DNA of 17,973 nucleotides from an archaeon (GCA_043810775.1 JBDRNU010000014.1:1-17973); one strand, 5' to 3'; positions 8,426-15,639 are shown, counted from the stretch's first letter. Made by a program: numbers and translations. Notes: a model not told the origin generated them from the sequence alone.

Positions 8426-9652
8426 TTATAATTTCAAGTTTTCTTGAATACTTTTTATTGCTTGCTGAATATCTTCTCTGTGCCCAAAAGCACTTAATCT
8501 AAAGAATCCTTCTCCACATGGACCAAATCCAGACCCAGGTGTTCCAACAACATGGGCTTCATTTAGTAATTTATCAAAAAATTCCCATGAATTCATTTTG
8601 TTGGGGGTTTTTAGCCAGATATAAGGTGCATTTATGCCTCCGTATACTTTTAATCCAATTTGCTTTAATCCTTCCCTGATTATTCTTGCATTTTCCATAT
8701 AATACTCAATTAACTCTTGGCATTCTTTTTGGCCTTTTGAACTTAAGGCTTTTAGGCCCCCTTCTTGGGCAATGTTCGAAGCTCCATTAAAAAATGTACA
8801 TTGCCTGCGGTTCCATAAATTGTTTATTTCACCATGTGAAGTGCCTTCAGCTGTTAAATCTTCAGGCACTATTGTCCATCCTAGCCTTACCCCTGTAAAT
8901 CCTGCTGATTTGGAAAAACTGTTAATTTCAATTGCGCATTTTTTTGCACCATTAATTTCATATATTGATTTAGGCAGACTTTTATCTGAAATAAAATCAG
9001 AATATGCCGCATCAAAAATAATTATTGCTTTATTTTCCAGAGCATAATCTACAAATTTCTTTAGCTGGTCTTTTGTTGTTACAGCTCCTGTAGGATTATT
9101 TGGACTGCATAAATAAATTAAATCCACTTTTTGAGCAGGCGGTTCTGGAAAAAAATTATTATTTTCATTGCAGGGCATGTAGACAATTCCCTTATATTGT
9201 TTTATTTCATTATCAAATTCATCTGTTCTGCCTGCTATGACGTTTGTATCTACATAAACCGGATATGCTGGATCCTGAACAGCTATAACCCCTTTTTCGA
9301 AAATAGACTGGATATTAGCTGAGTCAGGCTTTGCCCCATCACTAATGAATATTTCAGTTGCTTTAAGCGTAACCTTTAATTTTTTGTAGTGCTTGACTAG
9401 TGCTTCTCTTAATTCTTGGTTTCCCTGCTCATCACCGTAGCCTGAGTAGGTTTCAGAATTTGCAAGTTTTTTTACTCCTTTTTTAAGACCTTTAATTATA
9501 GAAGCAGTAAGAGGCTCTGTTGTGTTTCCTATACCTAATTTCATGACTTTAATCTCTGGATTATTTTTTGAAAATTCTTTTGTTCTTTTTGCAATTTCTG
9601 GAAATAAATAACCTGCAGATAATTTTTTATAATTTTGATTTGTTTTAACCAT
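8426..9652 (-). CDS. dapL: LL-diaminopimelate aminotransferase
   Basis: GYLFPEI, GYGDEQG, SDGAK, DPAYPVYVD, CSPNNPTG, SFSKSAGFTGVRLG, FNGASN and GEGFFRLSAFG. It ends 1 nt before lysA, indicating an operon. Confidence 0.96.
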   Translation of the reverse strand: MVKTNQNYKKLSAGYLFPEIAKRTKEFSKNNPEIKVMKLGIGNTTEPLTASIIKGLKKGVKKLANSETYSGYGDEQGNQELREALVKHYKKLKVTLKATEIFISDGAKPDSANIQSIFEKGVIAVQDPAYPVYVDTNVIAGRTDEFDNEIKQYKGIVYMPCNENNNFFPEPPAQKVDLIYLCSPNNPTGAVTTKDQLKKFVDYALENKAIIIFDAAYSDFISDKSLPKSIYEINGAKKCAIEINSFSKSAGFTGVRLGWTIVPEDLTAEGTSHGEINNLWNRRQCTFFNGASNIAQEGGLKALSSKGQKECQELIEYYMENARIIREGLKQIGLKVYGGINAPYIWLKTPNKMNSWEFFDKLLNEAHVVGTPGSGFGPCGEGFFRLSAFGHREDIQQAIKSIQENLKL

Positions 9653-9686
9653 TTTAGATTTTATGAAGTATAGTTTTTATATTTTT

Positions 9687-11411
9687 CTAAATTCCCCATG
9701 TAGATTTCTCCCGCCTTTTTATTTCAGCTATTTCCTGAAGAACTTTTTTTTCATCTGAAGAAAGAATATCCTTATTTTTCTTGAACTCGCGGAACTGCGA
9801 CTCGGACATATCACTATATAAGTGGCTTGAGTCTTTTAGCTGTCTATCAAAAGCTATTCCAGGCAGGGAGATGGCGACTTCCATTCCTGAAGTTGCTTCC
9901 TGCACTGACTTATTTTCAGCCTGAATATTTTTTATTTTTGCTATTTTTATTCCGTTTTGGTTTATTAGAGAGATAGTTTTCATTGCCTTGCCACCTTGTA
10001 TTTTTACCCCAAAAATTGCAGGATTTGAATTGTGAAAAACATGCTGGTGAAGAATTTCCAACTTGCATATTGAGGTAAGCTCAAGAAGCTTGGCTTTGTC
10101 AAGCTCAGCTTTTCTTTCAATTTTCCATTTTTGAAGGTCTTCAATTAGCTTGTAAACTACTGAATTAAGAAGTATTTTTACTTCGCTTTTTAAATCGCGA
10201 GCTTCATCATCTATATCTACGTTAAATCCGACAATAACAGCATTAAGAGGATTAATTTCTTCGCTTGCTTTTCCTGCAAGAATATCTGATTTTGTGATGC
10301 TCCCTATGTCTGCTTTTAGAATCTGGATTCTTTCCTGCTTAAGTAAAGTGATAAGAGCTTCCAGGCTTCCCAATGAATCTGCTTTTACTATAATTCCCTG
10401 CTTGTCTAGCTTTATGGATTCTGTAATTTCTTTTTTAAATTCTTTCTCAATTTGGGAAAGATTATCTTTGTAGATTTGAAATGGCATTCCTGGCAGAATT
10501 TTTTCTTTTTCTGTAATTTGTATCCTGAGGCCTGTAGCTGCAATTACATTATTTACTGTCTTGAATTTTGCAGATAGTGGAAGTATTTCCTGAATTGACT
10601 TAATTTTTACTATAACCGGCTCGCTGAATGTGGCAATTGCTATTTGGTCTCCTACTTTCAGTGTTCCGTCATAGTGTATTGCTTCAATATAGTTAATTGC
10701 TTTTTCTTTTTTTATCTCGAGAATAACCCCTTTTGCATCCTTTCCAAGTGATAGGCGCTTGGCAAGGAATTTTTGTGAGAATCCACAAATCATACCCATT
10801 AGGTCAGAGATTCCTTCTCCTGTTTTAGCTGAACAGGGTATGAGGGCTACTTTTTTAGTGAAGTCAGCAATATTGTAAAATAAGTCTGAGTCAAATCCGT
10901 GAGACTGAAGCGAGCCTATCAGAGTATACAGCTTTTCATTGAAAACCTCTTTTACACTGATTGACTGGGATTCTATGCTTTTTTTAAGGTCTTCTGACTG
11001 TTTTTTCCAGCCTGAAATAAGGTCTATTTTATTTAAAGCTATTATGAAGGGGGTTTTATTTGCTTTTAAAATCTGAAGAACTTCAGCTGTCTGGGGCTTT
11101 ATTCCTTCGTTAACTGCAATTACTAGGATTGCCAGGTCTGCCAGGGAGCCACCCCTCTTTCTAAGATTAGTGAAGGCTGCGTGTCCTGGAGTGTCAATAA
11201 ACAGCAGGCCTGGAATTTGAATTTGTGTAAAATATTTATCAATTACAAAGCATTTTCTTATTTGCTCTGTTGGAAATAGTGTGAAGGATATTTTTTGTGT
11301 AATGCCTCCAGCTTCTTTGGCTGCGACAGAGCTCTGCCTAAGCTTATCCAATATGGAAGTCTTGCCATGGTCTACGTGACCTGCAACTGTGATAATTGGC
11401 TGGCGTATCAT
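9687..11411 (-). CDS. infB: Archaeal translation initiation factor IF-2 (aIF5B)
   Basis: IRQPII, GHVDHGKTS, EAGGITQ, DTPGH, LRKRGGSLAD, NKID, KADSLGSLEAL and PAIFGV. 574 aa with no bacterial N-terminal extension. Confidence 0.97.
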   Translation of the reverse strand: MIRQPIITVAGHVDHGKTSILDKLRQSSVAAKEAGGITQKISFTLFPTEQIRKCFVIDKYFTQIQIPGLLFIDTPGHAAFTNLRKRGGSLADLAILVIAVNEGIKPQTAEVLQILKANKTPFIIALNKIDLISGWKKQSEDLKKSIESQSISVKEVFNEKLYTLIGSLQSHGFDSDLFYNIADFTKKVALIPCSAKTGEGISDLMGMICGFSQKFLAKRLSLGKDAKGVILEIKKEKAINYIEAIHYDGTLKVGDQIAIATFSEPVIVKIKSIQEILPLSAKFKTVNNVIAATGLRIQITEKEKILPGMPFQIYKDNLSQIEKEFKKEITESIKLDKQGIIVKADSLGSLEALITLLKQERIQILKADIGSITKSDILAGKASEEINPLNAVIVGFNVDIDDEARDLKSEVKILLNSVVYKLIEDLQKWKIERKAELDKAKLLELTSICKLEILHQHVFHNSNPAIFGVKIQGGKAMKTISLINQNGIKIAKIKNIQAENKSVQEATSGMEVAISLPGIAFDRQLKDSSHLYSDMSESQFREFKKNKDILSSDEKKVLQEIAEIKRREKSTWGI

Positions 11412-11486
11412 TTTTTGTATTTTCCACTAATTTAATTATATTTTATAGTACAATGGTATTTTTAAAGGTTAATAGGGTGTGGTTTT

Positions 11487-11912
11487 ATGGATAGTATTAA
11501 TTTAGTGGATTTTCTTTTTGCTTTGCATGATAATCCAGATGCTAGTAAGGACTTTGAGGCAATTGCTTTGAAAATTTCTGATAATTCTCAAAAAGGGGCT
11601 TCGAATCCAGATGGTTTTCAGCGTATTTTTGATATTAATTTTGCCACTCAATATCAACTGCCTTTTTTTATAATGAATAATCCTGGGATATGGGAAGAAA
11701 TTGGCGAGGTAAATCCTGATAATATTTGCCGTGCTTTCTTGCCTATGAATCCTAGAGGGATTTATGGGCTGTTTATTAATGCTTTTCAGAAACTTGAAAG
11801 AAAAAGAGCTTATGAAAAACATACTGGAAATCCTGTTCAGGACTGGGTTGAAGCTCAGAGTGATTTGGCAGTAGAGATACCTAAGTGGTATAAAGAAAGA
11901 ACTGAATTCTAA
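11487..11912 (+). CDS. Hypothetical protein, tandem paralog 1, with a DUF2934-like C-terminal motif
   Basis: 141 aa. Shares DFE, F.xN...IW, AF and W...Q..L...I..W with the ORFs at 11979 and 12684. Contains RAYEKHTGNPVQDWVEAQ. Confidence 0.75.
   Translation: MDSINLVDFLFALHDNPDASKDFEAIALKISDNSQKGASNPDGFQRIFDINFATQYQLPFFIMNNPGIWEEIGEVNPDNICRAFLPMNPRGIYGLFINAFQKLERKRAYEKHTGNPVQDWVEAQSDLAVEIPKWYKERTEF
11886..11908 (+). repeat. 23-bp exact direct repeat, copy 1 (TGGTATAAAGAAAGAACTGAATT)
   Basis: Identical to 12372-12394 and lies in the last codons of paralog 1. Confidence 0.9.
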
Positions 11913-11978
11913 ACAGGCAGTATGATTGATATACTGCATTATAATTATATTTTTAAATATTAATTAGTGATAGGATAT

Positions 11979-12398
11979 ATGGAAAGGAGATTTCCTTATG
12001 ATACTATAGATTCAAATGACCTTAAAATAGAAATTGATTCTAGCCCACAAACTAAGGTTGATTTTGAGGGTATTGCTGAAAAAATCAGAGATGTTGACAA
12101 GAGCCATGCTGAGGAAATGGTTTTATATTTTATGCTTAATTGTGATGATATTTGGGATTCTACGTCAAGAGAAAACCCTCTTGTTTCGTTTCCTCAATTT
12201 TTAAGCTCTGACACTTCAAACAGAAAGAGTTTTTATTATAATTCTTTATTTAATTCATTTAAAGGTTACTTAAATTTATGGGCATTTGGAGTTAGCTTAA
12301 GGAGTGAAAACAGAGATGCTAAATCTTGTTGGTATAAGGGTCAGGAAGAATTAGCTGAATTTATTAAATCTTGGTATAAAGAAAGAACTGAATTATGA
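11979..12398 (+). CDS. Hypothetical protein, tandem paralog 2 (start moved to ATG 11979)
   Basis: DFEGIAEKI, YFMLN...IWD and WYKERTEL. The TATA at 11950-11959 fits ATG 11979 better than GTG 11967. Confidence 0.75.
   Translation: MERRFPYDTIDSNDLKIEIDSSPQTKVDFEGIAEKIRDVDKSHAEEMVLYFMLNCDDIWDSTSRENPLVSFPQFLSSDTSNRKSFYYNSLFNSFKGYLNLWAFGVSLRSENRDAKSCWYKGQEELAEFIKSWYKERTEL
12372..12394 (+). repeat. 23-bp exact direct repeat, copy 2
   Basis: Identical to 11886-11908 and lies in the last codons of paralog 2. Confidence 0.9.
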
Positions 12399-12452
12399 TT
12401 TATAGGTAATTATATTCTGCATATCAATTATATTTTTAAAGGTTGATAAATA

Positions 12453-12659
12453 ATGAAAAATATGGATTTGGTTTATGATATTATTAATGAAGCAGGTATA
12501 ATAGCAGAGAAGCTTTTGAGACATGTAGATGATGTTCCAGAGACATATAGTGATATTTGTACAAAAGCATATTTTGGATGTGAAGGAGCTAAATGCCCTC
12601 TTGTTTTTAATTATATGTGCTCAACAGATGCTAAACAAGAATGTGGATATTTTGACTGA
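12453..12659 (+). CDS. Small Cys-rich protein, possibly metal-binding
   Basis: 68 aa with five Cys in the C-terminal half. Has its own TTTTTAAA element upstream. Confidence 0.6.
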   Translation: MKNMDLVYDIINEAGIIAEKLLRHVDDVPETYSDICTKAYFGCEGAKCPLVFNYMCSTDAKQECGYFD

Positions 12660-12683
12660 AAATGGCAAAAAAATACAGATATT

Positions 12684-13124
12684 ATGGCTTTGAACATGCA
12701 TGAAACTAATATTATTGATACTGAAACACTCAAAGTAGCCTTGACTTTTAATGATGATGTAAGGAAAGACTTTGATGGATTGGTTTGCATAATGGCTGAT
12801 ATTGGCAAGAGGCATCCAATGCTGGATAATAGCCCTAAAGTGAGGACTGCTGAAGAAAAGATTCTTTATTTTATTGCCAATCATGTTGGAATGTGGGAAG
12901 ATACTGGAAGGCAGGGTATGTTAGAGTATGGCAGACAAAATCATGATATTACTTTTAATGACAGGCACTTTGGAGAGAATGTATTAAAAGCATTTAAAGC
13001 TTATGAGAGATTGTGGGCTAGCAGAAAGCATGAAGGAAGCAATGAAGCTAACTGGGATAAGATGCAAGTTGAGCTCTTAAGATATATTGATTCATGGGCT
13101 CCTCAAGATAAGATTTATTATTAG
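12684..13124 (+). CDS. Hypothetical protein, tandem paralog 3
   Basis: KDFDG, AEEKILYFIANHVGMWE, AFKAYERLWA and NWDKMQVELLRYIDSW align by eye with paralogs 1 and 2. Confidence 0.72.
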   Translation: MALNMHETNIIDTETLKVALTFNDDVRKDFDGLVCIMADIGKRHPMLDNSPKVRTAEEKILYFIANHVGMWEDTGRQGMLEYGRQNHDITFNDRHFGENVLKAFKAYERLWASRKHEGSNEANWDKMQVELLRYIDSWAPQDKIYY

Positions 13125-13224
13125 CATATACCTGATTTTGAACTTGGATAATCACAGCTGTGAAAACCTATTTTATATGCTTAAGTATACATATGTTTTT
13201 AAATTTAAATAAGCAATAAGATAA

Positions 13225-13686
13225 ATGAGAGAAGGAAAACACATGTTGTATGTTTCTAAATATGTTTTTAATAATTATTCTAAATATAAAAGATGTGGGA
13301 GAGTCATACTTGTTGAGCATAGTTTGCTGGGCAGTGCTGAAGAGATAGCTAAAGAAAAAGGGATTTCTGGTGCAACACATATATTTAGTAATATAAGAGA
13401 AATAGAAAGAATAAGAAAAGAGATTGAAGTGCATAAAGGCTCTGATGTAAATATAAATATATCTAACAATAATATTGGAAATTTTCAAACTCCATTAATT
13501 TTAGAAGATACTTTGGTAACTATAAATGAAGTACCTGGCAGATTAGTTTCTTGCATCACTTTATCTGCTGCTGACCATAAAGGATTAAGAGACACCAGCA
13601 AAACACTTGAATTGCCTTATAATTACAGAAAAGTGCATTCTGGCACTTCACCTCCTTTTGTTTATCAGTTACTTGGAGTTATATAA
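13225..13686 (+). CDS. Hypothetical protein
   Basis: 153-aa ORF with TTTTTAAA ~25 nt upstream. No recognised family. Confidence 0.65.
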   Translation: MREGKHMLYVSKYVFNNYSKYKRCGRVILVEHSLLGSAEEIAKEKGISGATHIFSNIREIERIRKEIEVHKGSDVNINISNNNIGNFQTPLILEDTLVTINEVPGRLVSCITLSAADHKGLRDTSKTLELPYNYRKVHSGTSPPFVYQLLGVI

Positions 13687-13721
13687 TAAATCTTTAAATA
13701 CTAATTTTTCTAATTAACCTT

Positions 13722-14006
13722 ATGAAATTATCAGATTTAGATTATGACTTAGAGCTGGATAAAATAGCAGAAAAAGTCAAGAAAGAAAAAGCTAAGACTG
13801 TCTTGCTTCAGTTTCCTGACGGGTTAAAGCCAGTAGCTTGTGAAGTTGTAGATTATCTAGAAACTAGATGCAAAAATACAACATTTTTAATCTGGCTTGG
13901 CTCGTGTTTTGGAGCTTGTGATATTCCAAATGTTAAAGATATTGACTTGATTGTGCAATTTGGACATTCTCCCTGGAAGTATAAGGATATTAGGGTGGTG
14001 AAGTGA
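13722..14006 (+). CDS. dph2: Diphthamide synthesis protein Dph2, N-terminal domain only
   Basis: VLLQFPDGLK, GSCFGACD and IVQFGHS match Dph2/Dph1 domain 1. The ORF is only 94 aa. Confidence 0.85.
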   Translation: MKLSDLDYDLELDKIAEKVKKEKAKTVLLQFPDGLKPVACEVVDYLETRCKNTTFLIWLGSCFGACDIPNVKDIDLIVQFGHSPWKYKDIRVVK

Positions 14007-14307
14007 ATCTTTTACCTTTAAATTCAAAATTACCACCTTCAACTCTAATTGCCTTGGAATTAATTACTGCGTCAGCCAGCTTTTTTCTTCCTGATTTAAT
14101 TAATCTTGATAAAGTAGGCTGAGAGATATTCATTTTTTTAGCTGCTTGTTCTTGAGGCATTTCTTCTACATCAATTAATCTGAGAGCTTCAGCTTCATCA
14201 TAAGTCAGTACAATCTCTTCTAAGTGGTGCATTCTTACTCCAGCCGGCTTGAAGTAAGTTGCATCTGGCTTAAAAAAAATTCTTCTGCATCTTCTGGGTC
14301 TAACCAT
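13990..14307 (-). CDS. DUF134 (UPF0251) family HTH DNA-binding protein
   Basis: MVRPRRCRRI, YFKPAG, EAEALRLID, QEQAAKKMNISQPT and RKKLADA...AIRVEGG. Confidence 0.92.
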   Translation of the reverse strand: MVRPRRCRRIFFKPDATYFKPAGVRMHHLEEIVLTYDEAEALRLIDVEEMPQEQAAKKMNISQPTLSRLIKSGRKKLADAVINSKAIRVEGGNFEFKGKRFTSPP

Positions 14308-14333
14308 GTTCTTTTTAGCAATCTTCCTTTTAA

Positions 14334-14546
14334 TTACTTAGATTTTAGTTCTTTTAACCTTTTCTCTATTTCTTGGATGTCTTCTTTAAGCAACTTTAAC
14401 TCATCTTCAAGAATTGCTTTTTCTTCTTTTCCTGCTGCCTGAAATCTGAATCCTCTGCTTCTTGCTCTTCCGAATCTGCAGAAGCCTCTACCCCATCCTG
14501 TCAAAGGACCTTGTCCTTGCGGACCTGTTCTATCTTGTCCTGGCAT
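14334..14546 (-). CDS. DUF5320 family protein
   Basis: MPGQDRTGPQGQGPLTGWGRGFC N-terminus, Gly/Arg linker and C-terminal coiled coil. Its usual partner DUF134 lies directly downstream. Confidence 0.88.
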   Translation of the reverse strand: MPGQDRTGPQGQGPLTGWGRGFCRFGRARSRGFRFQAAGKEEKAILEDELKLLKEDIQEIEKRLKELKSK

Positions 14547-14553
14547 TTTTTTT

Positions 14554-14613
14554 CTCGTACCTTGAGTTCTTATTGTATCTTTAAAGATACTAAACTCAAA
14601 ATACTCGACCTCC
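14554..14613 (-). promoter_or_regulatory. Shine-Dalgarno GGAGGT followed by a long hairpin before the DUF5320 ATG
   Basis: GGAGGT at 14613-14608. Perfect 16-bp palindrome GTATCTTTAAAGATAC at 14575-14590. Outer arms TTGAGTT/AACTCAA at 14562-14568 and 14593-14599. Confidence 0.6.
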
Positions 14614-14642
14614 TGCCTTTATAGGCAAATTTATTTTGTTTT

Positions 14643-14693
14643 TGAATGTACATTCATATGTACATAATGAATAGGTATTCAATACTATTTAAA
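14643..14693 (-). promoter_or_regulatory. TATA box with two palindromic operator-like boxes (TGAAT-N4-ATTCA)
   Basis: TGAATGTACATTCA at 14643-14656, TGAATAGGTATTCA at 14668-14681, and minus-strand TTTAAATA at 14693-14686. Confidence 0.6.
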
Positions 14694-14727
14694 TGTTTCT
14701 ACTATAAGGAATATGACTAGAAAAATA

Positions 14728-15180
14728 TTATGCTCTTCCTTTTTTGCGAAACATCAGCTTAGCTTTGCCGTATCCTAGGGATTTTCCTGCTTCAACTCTT
14801 ACATCATCAAAATCCGCATTAGTATAAAGATATTCAAGCAGTTTTTTTACTTGCCCAGGACCTGATAGCTCATATAATTTTTTTAAATCTTTAATTGCAG
14901 AAGTTCTAACAGTTGGATTTGAAAAACTTAGTGCTATTTTAAGCGGTGAGAGATATTCATCCAACTTTTCTATCAGTTTATCATGATTTGTTCCAAGCAA
15001 AAGAGTAGCCTTATATCTTACACTATAGAATTTATGGTTTTGTGAATCAGTTTTTAGCTCTTCCCGGATTTTAAGGCGAGCACCAATATCTGAATCTTCA
15101 ATTAGTTTTGCTCCTAAGGTCTCAATTCTAGCTAGCTCTGATTCTAAACTAGCACTTGGAACTGTCATTAAATCCACCAT
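14728..15180 (-). CDS. HEAT-repeat-like helical protein
   Basis: NPTVRTSAIKDLKKL and FDDVRVEAGKSLG match the HEAT/PBS D..VR..A...LG pattern. Confidence 0.6.
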   Translation of the reverse strand: MVDLMTVPSASLESELARIETLGAKLIEDSDIGARLKIREELKTDSQNHKFYSVRYKATLLLGTNHDKLIEKLDEYLSPLKIALSFSNPTVRTSAIKDLKKLYELSGPGQVKKLLEYLYTNADFDDVRVEAGKSLGYGKAKLMFRKKGRA

Positions 15181-15216
15181 TTGAATTTAAACAAGCTGAA
15201 GTGTATTTAATCTTTT

Positions 15217-15639
15217 CTATATTATCTCTCCTTTAACCCATTTCCATAAAGCTTTTGCCCTGAATTTCCACCAAAATCCGGGCTGCCAGAAATCATATTC
15301 TTCATGAATAGCGCCCATGTCTTCTTGTACATGTCTTTCTGCAATTTCCCTGATAATATTTCGATAATCTTCTCCATATTCAGCTACTAGACAGCTAGTT
15401 ATTCTGCTTAATCCGGTTCTGTGATGCATTAACTCCCTGTGTTTTAATAAATTATCATCAGTGTATCCATATTTTTGAGCTATTTCTGGCCGGGCAAAAT
15501 AATCCAGAATATCATTAACTCTTACAATTATTTCCTCAACTGCATCTTTATTTTTTTCATAGAAATCAGGTTGAGTTTCCTTTATATGATTATAGGCACT
15601 TATTATATGCTTATGTGTTGAAGCCATTGTAATTATCAT
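15217..15639 (-). CDS. His-rich hypothetical protein, DUF6915-like
   Basis: N-terminal HKH..S, central HRELMHHRTG and ERHVQEDMG. The real start may be the second Met (15627). Confidence 0.55.
   Translation of the reverse strand: MIITMASTHKHIISAYNHIKETQPDFYEKNKDAVEEIIVRVNDILDYFARPEIAQKYGYTDDNLLKHRELMHHRTGLSRITSCLVAEYGEDYRNIIREIAERHVQEDMGAIHEEYDFWQPGFWWKFRAKALWKWVKGEII

Noticed and set aside
5161-9322. ORFs 5161-5394 (-), 8772-9047 (+) and 9131-9322 (+)
   Set aside because: Antisense to well-supported genes. Their Phe/Leu/Ser bias reflects A-rich codons on the coding strand.
11886-12394. The 23-bp repeat as a CRISPR array or DGR template/variable pair
   Set aside because: Only two copies 486 bp apart, inside coding sequence. 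No adenine-specific mismatches, and no cas or reverse transcriptase gene in the window.
12662-12703. Out-of-frame ATG and A7 run upstream of paralog 3 (possible slippage site)
   Set aside because: Losing one A would add only seven codons, an in-frame ATG exists at 12684, and A7 runs are common here.
13153-13162. Palindrome CACAGCTGTG in the gap after paralog 3
   Set aside because: A single 10-bp palindrome with no second copy noticed, compatible with chance.
11502-13488. Minus-strand ORFs 11502-11939, 12611-12808, 12621-12884, 13168-13488 and 13275-13469
   Set aside because: They overlap plus-strand genes supported by paralogy and promoter spacing.
14554-14607. The leader hairpin as an archaeal bulge-helix-bulge intron or a terminator
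   Set aside because: The stem base has a single-nt bulge, not two 3-nt bulges around a 4-bp helix. On the transcribed strand it is followed by an A run, not a U run.
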